A stretch of DNA of 64,000 nucleotides. Source: Pirellulales bacterium (lineage in GTDB: Bacteria > Planctomycetota > Planctomycetia > Pirellulales > PNKZ01). Positions 41,385 through 51,173 of this stretch are shown in pieces. Each line of letters starts with the position of its first letter. Positions within the stretch are counted from its first letter, which is position 1. The stretch covers positions 78,320 to 142,319 of the forward strand of contig JASGKB010000022.1 of NCBI GenBank assembly GCA_049840675.1, read 5' to 3'. A program made the position numbers and the translations under genes. A model generated the notes under the pieces. It was not told the origin of the DNA. It searched no databases and was given only the letters and a program-made list of their open reading frames with translations.

Positions 41385-41495
41385 GGGTAGCCCAGGTTGC
41401 TCGCCAACCTGGGCGAAGTGAGAGGCTTGTTGAGATTTCACACCGGAAATTTTCGGCCTCTTGTAAACCCAGGTTGCGAGCAACCTGGGCTACCC
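41385..41495. repeat. ~110-bp nested palindrome
   Basis: gggtagcccaggttgctcgccaacctggg (41385-41413) versus cccaggttgcgagcaacctgggctaccc (41468-41495). Each arm is itself a hairpin (cccaggttg...caacctggg). Inner pair: gagaggc/gcctctt. Confidence 0.8.
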
Positions 41496-41526
41496 ACTTC
41501 TTACAGGCTATTCGCTGCCGCTGCGG

Positions 41527-42597
41527 TTACAGCACTTTGTCTTTCAGGCCGGGGAAGGCTTTGCCTACTTTGTTGAGGAGGTAGTCGCCGTAGGTGCCTT
41601 GGAAGATGTGGACGCTGGATTTGTCCCAGCGGGTGCCGCGGTCGTCGGGGGCCGTTTCGCCGGAGGGGAGTTCGATCGGGCGGACGTCGGCGAAGAAGTT
41701 GGGGTCGAAGAAGAAGGGAAACGACAAGCGGTGGCGGTTCGTGAGGTTGCGAACCCGATGCGGCGTCGAGCGGTAGACGCCGCGCGTCATGCGGTCGAGC
41801 ATGTCGCCGATGTTGCAGATGAACGAGTTTGCCAGCGGCGGCGCGGCAACCCATTGCGAGCGCGACTTCACTTCGAGCCCGCCGACGTCGTCTTGTAAGA
41901 GAATGGTCAGCAGACCGTAGTCGGTGTGTTCGCCGACTCCCCACAGTTCGGCCGACGACGGCGGCGGGTAGTTGAAGATGCGAAACAACGTCAGCGGATC
42001 GCGCGTGCCGTGATCCGCGAAGTAATGTTCGGGTAGGCCGAGCCCAAGCGCGATGCCGGCGAGTAAGGAATGGCCGAGCTTGGTGAGGGCGGCCATGTAC
42101 TGGAGGACCGTGGCGCGAAGTTCGCCCGGATGTTCGGGGAAGAGATTCGGGCCGTAGAGCGGCGTGCCGGATTGCACCAGCGGATGGTCGGCCGCGGTTT
42201 CTTGTCCGAAGTAGACGCCCTCTTTCTGATCGGGAAGGCCCGAGGTCAGTTCGTCGCCGACGCGAAAGTAGCCGCGCCACGCTTTGCCGCCGCGGCTCAT
42301 TTCGATCTGCATTTTCTCGGCGACGGGACGCGCGAAGAACTCGCGGGCTTGCGCGAGCAGCCGGTGTTGTAAGTCGGCGTCGACGCCGTGCCCGACGACG
42401 TAGAAGAAGCCGCTTTCGCGACAGGCCGTGTTGAGCTGAGCGGCCGTTTGGTGCTTAGCGGCGGCGTCTGCGACGTGCGGCGCTGTAATTGGCGACGGGG
42501 CGAGCAGCGGCGCAGTGGTAACCGGCGCTGTGATAACCGGTGCGGCGAGCAGCGGGGAGACGTCGATGATCGGGATGGCGGAGAAGTCTGCGCTCAT
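41527..42597 (-). CDS. 2OG-Fe(II) oxygenase (isopenicillin-N-synthase family)
   Basis: From ATG 42597: MSADFSAIPIIDVSPLL..., ACRESGFFYVVGHG, GVGEHTDYGLLTILLQDD, YRSTPHRV. ATG 42606 is an alternative start. The first 148 codons of the ORF-track model are spurious. Confidence 0.85.
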   Translation of the reverse strand: MSADFSAIPIIDVSPLLAAPVITAPVTTAPLLAPSPITAPHVADAAAKHQTAAQLNTACRESGFFYVVGHGVDADLQHRLLAQAREFFARPVAEKMQIEMSRGGKAWRGYFRVGDELTSGLPDQKEGVYFGQETAADHPLVQSGTPLYGPNLFPEHPGELRATVLQYMAALTKLGHSLLAGIALGLGLPEHYFADHGTRDPLTLFRIFNYPPPSSAELWGVGEHTDYGLLTILLQDDVGGLEVKSRSQWVAAPPLANSFICNIGDMLDRMTRGVYRSTPHRVRNLTNRHRLSFPFFFDPNFFADVRPIELPSGETAPDDRGTRWDKSSVHIFQGTYGDYLLNKVGKAFPGLKDKVL

Positions 42598-42730
42598 GCG
42601 GGTCATCCTACCAGGAAAGCCTGCGCCGGGGCTGTTGAAGTCGCCCGAGGGGCGGCGGATAATCCGCGGCGGTTTGTTGCCGGCTGTTGTTATGGCGTTG
42701 CTCGTCCTTTTATATGTGCGAGGTTTTGCT

Positions 42731-43329
42731 ATGTCTCTGCGAGTCGCGGTTGCGGGCTTGCTCTTCGGGTTGGTTGCTTGCGGCGTCGGCGCGGCGGCGG
42801 AGTATAAAGACCCGCAAGGTTTTCGAGTGACGTACCCCGACGGTTGGACGAAGATCACGAAAGAGGATTTGGCGAACGAAGACGCGCTGCCGAAAGAGTT
42901 TCGGGAGTGGATCCAGGAGAGCAAGATCGACCTGACGCGCATCAGCGTGGTGGTCGTTCGCGACGGCGAAGAGGGGGAGGCGTTTCGCGAGAGCTTGAAC
43001 GTGGTGGTGATCGCAGACGAGCTGCCGCTCGATAGCCGCACGATCGGACAAGTGGGGGACTTGATTAAAGTGCAGCTGGAGAAGACGGCGCGAAGATCGA
43101 AATGAGCGCGCGCGAAATGCGGAGCTACGGCAAGAACGAAGCCGGGGTGCTGGAGTTCGACGCGGACCTGCCGGGCATCGAGGTTCCGCTCAAGCAGCGG
43201 CAGGCATTCTTCGTCGGCGGCGGGAAGTCTTACGTGGTGACGTGCACGGCCGTGAGGAAAGACTTCGAGAAGTACTCGGCGAAGTTCGACGAGATGTTGA
43301 AGAGCTTCGTCGTGCCCTTAGCTAAATAA
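42731..43329 (+). CDS. lipoprotein, PsbP/DUF1795-like; frameshifted
   Basis: ATG 42731: MSLRVAVAGLLFGLVAC (lipobox LVAC), then YKDPQGFRVTYPDGWTKI. At ~43081-43086 (gagaagacggc) the reading passes to the frame of ORF 43102..43329 (...EDGAKIEMSAREMRSYG...). Confidence 0.5.
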
Positions 43330-43477
43330 GCGCGGGAGCGAAAACTGCGTAAAACCGCGGATAACCGTAGCGCGGAGGTATTCAGACCGTGAAGCTAAGG
43401 ATTTTTGACGGTCGCGCGCGAAGGAGTGAAGAGACGGCGGCGAGAGGAAGGAAGCGAGAGGCGTCCGTCGGAGGAAA

Positions 43478-43514
43478 CAAAAAAGGCGACGGCGAACTTT
43501 CGTTCGCCGCCGCC
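43478..43514 (-). terminator. rho-independent terminator of the Flp-like/LRR gene
   Basis: Minus strand reads ggcggcggcgaac-gaaa-gttcgccgtcgcc followed by ttttttg. Confidence 0.75.
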
Positions 43515-43641
43515 GTGTCGGAACGACTCGGAGAGAGATGAGTCGCCCGACGTTTGATCCCTGCCGGCCGCCGGTCGGGTGGCACAATACCCGACCGACG
43601 ACCCGTTGAGAATTCTCCGCCGGAGAGAGAAAGGAGAGAGA

Positions 43642-44779
43642 TTAGCGGATCACTCTCAACGTTGGCAAAGCTTTGCGTAGCCGATGGAGACCTTCGTCGC
43701 TCACGGCGGTGCCGCGAACTTCGAGTTCTTCGAGCTTCTTCAAACCGACGAGGTGCTTCAGGCCTGCGTCAGTGATGTTCGTACCGATCAGGTGGAGGAA
43801 TCGCAGGTTGGGCAACTCGGCGATTTCCTTCAGGCCCGCGTCGGTGATCTGGGTGTCGATCAGGTAGAGCGACTTCGAGCTGTTGGAGCTCGGCGACGTA
43901 GCTCAGACCTTTATCGGTGACGTTCGAGCCGAGAATGTGCAGGCACTTCGCGGTCTTGAACTTCTCGATGTCTTTCAGTTCGGCGTCGCCCACTTTGGCG
44001 AAGCCCAGATCAATGGTGTTCCAGCGCGGTTCGCCGCGGTGATACACCGCCGGGCCGGCCGGAGCGATGCCGATGATCGCCGGAGCATCCACGACGACCG
44101 GAGCCGTGACCGGAGCGTAGTTCGGGTCCGTGATGCCGTAGCGGTTGCGGAGGAACTCGTGGTAGCCGGACGCCGGGCCGATGTAACCGCTCGGCGGCAG
44201 GTTATTGAAGTAACCTTCGGGGACGTCGACGACGTACGGTTCGCCGTGAACTTGGTGCGGGACCGCGTGATGCGGCACGGCATGGTGCGGACCGTGAACC
44301 GGCGGCTGGCCGGTGACCACGCCCTTGGGGCCGTGTTCGCGGACGGTGATCGCCGCGGCCGGCGCCGTCGTCGCGGAGAGAGGTGCGACGACGGCTGCCG
44401 GACCGGCGTGCGGTACGGGGTGATGACCGTGAGGGAGAACTTGGCCGTCGCGGCCGAAGACGTCGGAGCAGACGAGCGGTCGGCCGACCGGCTGTTGAAC
44501 GTACTGTTGCAGCGGCGGGACGTCGGGGCGGTCGGCCCGATCGAAGAACGCGCTGCCGGCGGTATAGGAGCAGTGACCGGAGACGCCGGAGATGTAGTAG
44601 CTCTGATCCATCGAACCGATCGCCTTAGCGACGTCGTTCAGTTCGGTGTTCATCGTGTCGCGGACGGCCGTGTAACCGGCGCCGACGCCGATCACGCCCA
44701 TCGTGCCGTACATCACTAGCTCGCTCGAGACGACGTAGCCGTCGTCGTCGCGCCACAGATCATTCAACGTGCGTAACAT
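43642..44779 (-). CDS. Flp-like N-terminus + shared unknown module + His/Pro-rich spacer + C-terminal leucine-rich repeats; frameshifted
   Basis: RBS aaggag, ATG 44779: MLRTLNDLWRDDDG|YVVSSELVMYGTMGVIGVGAG...QSYYISGVSGHCSYTAGSAFFD. At ~43868-43878 (an extra base in ctcgaagtcgctc) the frame changes to SLYLIDTQITDAGLKEIAELPNLRFLHLIGTNITDAGLKHL...LRVIR*, with stop at 43642. That last segment is not in the ORF track. Confidence 0.65.
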
Positions 44780-44982
44780 GGGAATTCTCCTTCTCTCTTT
44801 CTCTTGGGCACAGGCCCCGACGGCGTCAGGCACGACGCCGCGGCGGGGCAGCGAAAACATTCGCGTCGGACAAGAGCAACTATCGCGAGCCGAAAGTGGG
44901 CGAACTACAGGAGGCGAGTGGGTGCGAAGGTGAGGCGCTGGTGAAGGTAGGGCTAGGCGTGCGAGGATGCATCGCAGCCGCT

Positions 44983-45879
44983 TCACACCGGCTGGTCGAG
45001 TTCGCCGCTCGCGAGCCACTCCGGTTTCCAGATCGTCCAGAAGTCGCAAGCGAGGCGTTCTTCGACGTAGCGATACGGCAGCCGGCCGCAACCGGCTTCG
45101 CCCCACGCGGGGCCGAAGGGTGCGCGAACCAGCAATGCTCCTTTGGTCGAGCGCACGCGATAGGCGTCGTCGTAGCCGACGATCACCAAGGCCGAACCGA
45201 CGGAAGTCGTGTCGTGCTTGGTCGGGTAGCCGATGTCGCCGGTCGCGGAGTCGACGACGTCGGGCAGGGCCGCACCGCACGCGACGGCGAACCCGGCCGC
45301 AAGGCACGCTTTGAGCGACTTCAGCACGTCTGCGCCGGAAGCGCTCGGCGGATCGAGACGAGCGTAGCGCAGTTCGAGATAGTCGCGTTGAAAGCCGAAT
45401 GCGAACGGGTCGGGCGTGTTGCCGCGGAAGATCGCGGACGTCGGGCAGAATCGCTCCGGCGGGCAGCCGAAGCGCCCGAGAGCGTGCAACGTGGTACGTA
45501 GCCCGGCGCCGACGTTTCCAGTGATTCCGGCCAGTTTGCGGGCCGCTTCATAGAGAAACCCGACCGACGGTTGCGCGGCCCGGCCGAGCGTGCGGCGCTC
45601 GAAGTATTGCACGAGCGTCGCGACGGCGGCGGCGGCCGAAGCTGCCGCGGGATACGGTCCGCTGGCCGGCAGCAGATACTCGCGCGAGTTTGTTTCGGCA
45701 GGGAGCGCCGCTCGCGCCGTTCGCCGCCGGCGCAACTTGCGCAAGGTTTCGCGAACCGCAGGATCTTCGAGCGTGAGATCGCGAACGTCAGGCAAATCGC
45801 GCAAGAGCCCGACGTCGTCGCCGGGTGAAGCGTCGAGCGGTGCGAATTCGTGCGAAGGCGCGTGCGGCGTGAAGGGCAT
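44983..45879 (-). CDS. papain-like (C1-family-like) protein, apparently catalytically dead
   Basis: Family-like blocks: ...FLYEAARKL...GAGLRTTLHALGRFG..., SALVIVGYDD, ALLVRAPFGPAWGEAGCGRLPYRYV. The expected QxxxGSC, GGHA and NSWG positions read PAAASA, VGSA and APFG. Confidence 0.5.
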   Translation of the reverse strand: MPFTPHAPSHEFAPLDASPGDDVGLLRDLPDVRDLTLEDPAVRETLRKLRRRRTARAALPAETNSREYLLPASGPYPAAASAAAAVATLVQYFERRTLGRAAQPSVGFLYEAARKLAGITGNVGAGLRTTLHALGRFGCPPERFCPTSAIFRGNTPDPFAFGFQRDYLELRYARLDPPSASGADVLKSLKACLAAGFAVACGAALPDVVDSATGDIGYPTKHDTTSVGSALVIVGYDDAYRVRSTKGALLVRAPFGPAWGEAGCGRLPYRYVEERLACDFWTIWKPEWLASGELDQPV

Positions 45880-46235
45880 GGTCCGTTACCCAGCTTTGAG
45901 CGTCGAGAATCGTGGCGGTCTTCGTTCGTCCGTGTGCCGCACGCATCAGGCGAATGGGGGCAGGTCGCTCTCGATCGACCTACCGTCGCCCGACGATTGC
46001 CGGTGAACTGCGCCCAAGGATCATGGGAAAACCCTGTTTCGGCCGGCCAAGCTCTGGTGAAGGTCTGGTGAAGCTGTGGTGAAACCGCGGCATCGGAAAG
46101 TCTGCGAATTTGTTTTGACCCCTGTTTGCGTCGGGCTGCGATGCGGGACATTTGACAACCCACAACATGCGCCGGACGATGACGGGCATCAGATCCGGCC
46201 GCATTCGCGGTCGACAATTCATCGGGAGCCGCAGC

Positions 46236-47549
46236 ATGTCGTCCGTCGAGGGTCGTCGTTGGTCGTTTGTCGCTCTAGGTGCGCTGTTGCTGATCGGTTC
46301 GGCGAACGTCGGCTGTAAGAAGCCGCCCGATGCCGCTTCGGCCGCCGCGCCGCCGAAGGTGCGGTACGTGTTGCCGCAACAAGCCGAAGTGACCGACTAC
46401 GAATACTTCGACGGTACGATGGATGCGCCCGACACGGTGTCCGTGCGGGCGCACGTCACCGGTTATTTGGACGAGGTCTATTTCAAAGACGGTGAAGAGG
46501 TCGAAGCGAGCGAAGAGAACCCGCGGAAATTGTTTCTGATCGATCCGCGAACGTTTGAAGCGCTCTACAACCAGGCCAAAGCTCAAACGCAGCTCGCGCT
46601 GGCCCGGCTGAAGATTGCCACGGCCGACTACGACCGAGGCGTGGCCGTTTCGAAGACCCCCGGCGCGATCAGCCCGCAAGAGTTGGAAACTTACGCGGCG
46701 CAAATGGCGCAAGCCAAAGCGTCTGTGACGGCCGCCGAAGCCGCCGAAGATTTGGCCAAGAAGAACCTCGGCTACACCATCGTCTATACGAAAGTCGGCG
46801 GCTTGCTCAGTCGGCCGTACGTGACGCCCGGCAACCTGGTCGTGCAAGACAATACGCTCTTGGCGACGGTCGTGCCGCAAGACCCGATCTACTGCTATTT
46901 CAACATCGACTCCACGACTTCGGCCCGCTTTCAAAAGCTGATTCGCGACGGCAAGATTCGTTCGGCGCGCGAAGGGAACGAAATGCACTTGCAAGTGCGC
47001 CGTATCGGCGAACCCGATGAAGAATATCCGCATGACGGCATTCTTGATTACATCGACAACCGCGTGAGCACGTCGACCGGGACGCTCGAACTGCGTGCGC
47101 GATTCGCCAATCCCAAAGCGCCGGGCACCGCGTTGCGGCAGTTTGCGGCCGGTGAGAAGGTGGAGGTTCGCGTGCCGGTCGGGCCGAAGCATCCCGCGCT
47201 TTTGGTGCCGCAGGCGGCAGTGGGAACGGATCAGAGCCAGAAGTTCATCTTCGTGCTGTCGAAAGACAATAAGGTGGAGTACCGGCCGGTCGACGTCGGT
47301 GAAGTGCAGCCCGGCGCTATGCAGGAAATCATTCCCCGCAAAGTGGTCCGCATCGCCGACGGCGTGCGTCTGGCCGAAGTCGGTGAGCAAGGGGAAGACA
47401 GCATCACGCCGAGCGATCGCATCGTCGTCGCCGGTCTGCAACGCATTCGCAACGGTCTGACCGTGAACCCGCAGGAGTACGTTCCGCCGCAGCCGCCGGC
47501 GGCCGTTGCCGCGCCGACCGCGTCTCCCTCCGGAACGGCCGCGAACTAG
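46236..47549 (+). CDS. efflux RND transporter periplasmic adaptor (MFP), lipoprotein
   Basis: ATG 46236: MSSVEGRRWSFVALGALLLIGSANVGC. This is followed by the HlyD_D23-type pattern (...VRAHVTGYLDEVYFKDGEEV..., coiled-coil, barrel). Confidence 0.85.
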   Translation: MSSVEGRRWSFVALGALLLIGSANVGCKKPPDAASAAAPPKVRYVLPQQAEVTDYEYFDGTMDAPDTVSVRAHVTGYLDEVYFKDGEEVEASEENPRKLFLIDPRTFEALYNQAKAQTQLALARLKIATADYDRGVAVSKTPGAISPQELETYAAQMAQAKASVTAAEAAEDLAKKNLGYTIVYTKVGGLLSRPYVTPGNLVVQDNTLLATVVPQDPIYCYFNIDSTTSARFQKLIRDGKIRSAREGNEMHLQVRRIGEPDEEYPHDGILDYIDNRVSTSTGTLELRARFANPKAPGTALRQFAAGEKVEVRVPVGPKHPALLVPQAAVGTDQSQKFIFVLSKDNKVEYRPVDVGEVQPGAMQEIIPRKVVRIADGVRLAEVGEQGEDSITPSDRIVVAGLQRIRNGLTVNPQEYVPPQPPAAVAAPTASPSGTAAN

Positions 47550-47636
47550 CGGCGCTTGCCGCCGGATCGCGTTCCGCCAAAAGCGCACTGCTTTGGGCTT
47601 TAGGGCCTTACGACTCGCAACTTTGAGACTTCTCGC

Positions 47637-50600
47637 ATGTTGGCTCGCTTCTTCGTCGATCGCCCGATTTTCGCCTGGGTGATTTCGATCGTCATCGTGG
47701 TCATTGGCGCCGTCGCGGCATTGGTGCTGCCGGTCGCTCAATACCCGGACATCACGCCGCCGACCGTGCAAGTCACGTGTACTTATCCGGGCGCGAATGC
47801 GCAAGTCGTGGCCGATTCGGTCGCCGCGCCGATCGAGCAGCAGGTCAACGGCGTCGAGCGAATGATGTATATGTCGTCGCAATGCACGAACGACGGCGCG
47901 TACAACCTGACGGTGACCTTCGAACTCGGCACCGATCTCAACATGGCGCAGGTCTTGGTGCAGAATCGCGTGCAACTGGCCATGCCGCAACTGCCGCAGC
48001 AGGTTCAAGTGCAGGGCGTCTCGACCAAGAAGCGCTCCCCCAGCATCTTGCTGGTGGTGAATCTCATCTCGCCCGACCAACGTTACGACGATCTCTATCT
48101 GAGCAACTACGCCACGATCCAGGTTCGCGACGAACTCCTGCGGCTCGACGGCGTAGGCGACGTGAACTACCTCGGCCAGCGCGATTACAGCATGCGCATC
48201 TGGCTCGACCCGAGCGAGATGGCCAACCGCGACCTCACGGCTTCGGACGTCGTAAAAGCGATCCAAGCGCAGAACGTGCAAGTGGCCGCGGGCCAGATTG
48301 GCCGGCCGCCCATCGCCGACGGACAACAGTTTCAACTCACGATGAGCACGCTCGGTCGGCTCGCCAACACCGATCAATTCGGCGACATCATTCTCAAGAC
48401 GACGCAAACGACCGACAACGAAGGGAAGACCTCGACGCAAATCGTCCGCGTGCGCGACGTGGGCCGCATCGAGCTGGGCGCCCAGCAATACGACCAGATC
48501 TCTCGGCTCGACGGTCGTGCGGCTGTCGGTTTGGCCGTGTTTCAATTGCCCGGCTCCAACGCCCTGGAAACCGCCGAAGCCGTGAAGGCGAAGATGGAAG
48601 AGCTGAAGAAGGGTTTTCCGGCCGGCGTCGACTACGCGATCGTCTACGACACGACGCCGTTCATCGAGCAATCCGTCGAGGAAGTCTTCAAGACGTTGCG
48701 CGACGCGGTGATTCTCGTGGCCATCGTCGTGTTGCTCTTCCTGCAGGATTGGAAGGCGATGATCCTGCCGATGATCGACGTGCCGGTGTCGCTCGTCGGT
48801 ACGTTCGCCGTCATGGCCGTGATGGGGTTCACGCTCAATAACCTGACGCTCTTCGGCTTGGTGCTGGCCATCGGCATCGTGGTCGACGATGCGATCGTCG
48901 TGCTGGAAAACATCGAGCGCCTGATGGCCACCGGCCTCAATGCGCGCGATGCGACAATCAAGGCGATGGACGAAGTCACCGGGCCGATTTTGGCGATCAC
49001 GCTCGTGCTCTGCTCGGTGTTTTTGCCCTGCGCGTTCATTCCGGGCATCAGCGGCCAATTCTTCCGGCAGTTCGCACTGACGATCGCCGCCTCCATGGTC
49101 ATCTCGGCCATCAACGCGATGACGCTCACGCCGGCCCGCGCCGTGACGATCTTTAAGGGTCAAGAGAAAGCCCACGCCGCCGGAGCCGACGCAAATGCGC
49201 ACCACGATGACCATCGCGAAGCGTTGCCGTGGTGGATTTTCGTCATCGTCATCGGGTATGCGTCGTACGTCTATCTCGGCCCGCTCTACCGCGAAGGTCT
49301 CACGCACTTCCTGACGGAAAATTTTTCCATCTCGCAGCGCATCGCCGGTTATTTGGTGATGCTGCTCTTGGTGTTGCCTGGAGCGATCGGCATCGTCGGC
49401 AAGGTGGCGATCAAGCCGATCAACCGCGGGCTCAGCAAGTTCTTCAAAGCGTTCAATCGCGCCTTTGATCGCATCGCCGAGATCTACGGCCGCACGGTCG
49501 CGGGTCTCGTGCGCGTCGGCGCGATCGTGATGCTCGTTTACGGCGGGCTGCTCTTCTGCACGTATTGGTCGATGTCTACCGCCCCCACTGGCTTTATTCC
49601 GCTGCAAGATCAAGGCTATCTGCTGGTCAACGTGCAACTCCCCGATAGCGCCAGCGTCGAACGCACGAGCGAAGTGCTCCGCAAGCTGGAGCGTTTCTGC
49701 CTGGGCGACGACTCCGGCAAGTATTTCGGTAAGCCGGTCCTGCCGGGCGAGAAAAAGTACGAAGGCGTGCCGGGCGTGGCGCATACCAACGCCGTCGCCG
49801 GCCAATCGTTCTTGCTCAGCGCCAACGGTTCGAACTTCGGCAGTTGCTTCGTGATTCTCGAGCCGTTCGCGAAGCGCCACGGACACGAAACGTACGACGA
49901 AACCGTCGCCCAAAAAATTCGCGCGTTCGCCGCCGAAGAGTTGGACGAAGCCGTGGTGACGGCCTTCCGCGCGCCTCCGATTCAAGGACTCGGTACGTCG
50001 GGCGGCTTCAAGTTCCAAGTCGAACAGCGCGGCACGTTCGATTTGCCCGAGCTCCAGCGCACGACCGACGAAATCACCGCCGCCGCCAATAAAGATCCGC
50101 GGATCGTCGGCGCGTTTTCGCTGTTCCGCGCTCAAACTCCGCAGCTCTACGTCGATATCGATCGCACGAAATGCGAAGCCCTCGGCGTGGACCTGACCGA
50201 AACGTTCAACACGTTGCAGGTCTACATGGGAGGCATGTACGTCAACTTGTTCAACCAGTTCGGGCGGACTTGGCAGGTGAACGTCTTGGCCGACCAAAAG
50301 TTCCGTGCCGACGCGAAGACCCTCAAGCAACTCAAGGTCCGCAGCCGCAGCGGCGAAATGGTGCCGCTCGGGTCGATCTGCAAGGTGGAAGACAAGGGCG
50401 GCCCCGTGATGGTGATGCGGTACAACACGTACCCTTCGGCCGCCGTGAATCTCAACGCGGCCCAAGGGGTGAGCTCCGGCGACGTGCTGGCGATCGTCGA
50501 CAAGCTGGCCTACGACAACGGCGCACGTACGAGTGGACCGAAATCATGTACATGCAGATCCAGGCCGGCAACGTGGCGCTGTTCGTCTTCGCCCTCGGCA

Positions 50601-51151
50601 CGTTCCTCGTGTACCTCGTACTCGCGGCGAAGTATGAAAGTTGGCAATTGCCGGCGGCCGTGATTTTGGTCGTGCCGATGTGCTTGCTCTGCGCCGTCTG
50701 CGGCATGCTCATTGCGCACTTGCCGATCGATATCTTCGTGCAGATCGGGTTCCTCGTGCTCATCGGCTTGGCGGCGAAGAATGCAATTCTCATCGTGGAG
50801 TTTGCCGAGCAGTTGCGCAACCTCGAGGGGCACGGGCTGCGGACTGCGATCGTCGAGGCTTGTCGGTTGCGCTTACGGCCGATCATCATGACGTCGTTCG
50901 CCTTCATCCTCGGCGTGGTTCCGCTGATCTTAGGCCATGGTGCAGGCGCTGAAATGCGCGTCTCGCTCGGCACGGCCGTGTTCAGCGGCATGATCGGCGT
51001 GACGTTCTTCGGCATCTTCCTCACGCCCGTGTTCTACTACGGCATTATGCGGCTGAAGGGCATTCCGCCGGACGTGCCGAAAGCCGCGGCCGTGCCGACG
51101 CCGCAGACCGTCGCCCCTGCGCCTCCGCCTAGTCCGCCCGCTCAACACTGA
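47637..51151 (+). CDS. efflux RND transporter permease (AcrB/HAE1-like); frameshifted
   Basis: MLARFFVDRPIFAWVISIVIVVIGAVAALVLPVAQYPDITPPTVQV.... At ~50520-50530 the reading passes to the frame of ORF 50171..51151 (...TYEWTEIMYMQIQAGNVALFVFALG...AAKNAILIVEFAEQ...). Confidence 0.9.
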
Positions 51152-51173
51152 TCGACAATCGTGAGCACGCCCC

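Noticed and set aside
41501-42280. 259-aa Arg/Pro-rich minus-strand ORF, and similar ORFs (22371..23045, 17535..18353, 20398..20844)
   Set aside because: These are off-frame or antisense readings of real genes (2OG oxygenase, HExxH protein, FGE, holA). Their extreme Arg/Pro/Ala bias marks them as artefacts.
43769-45307. 512-aa version of the Flp-like/LRR gene as given in the track
   Set aside because: The first ~175 codons are Arg-rich and overlap the 3' end of the upstream C1-like gene. A strong RBS (aaggag) plus ATG at 44779 begins the part homologous to the paralogue at 37833.
46275-50465. 1396-aa ORF on the minus strand, the longest in the track
   Set aside because: It is exactly antisense to the MFP and RND permease genes, whose identity is unambiguous. 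Its translation is Arg/His/Gly-rich low-complexity sequence, typical of stop-poor antisense frames in high-GC DNA.
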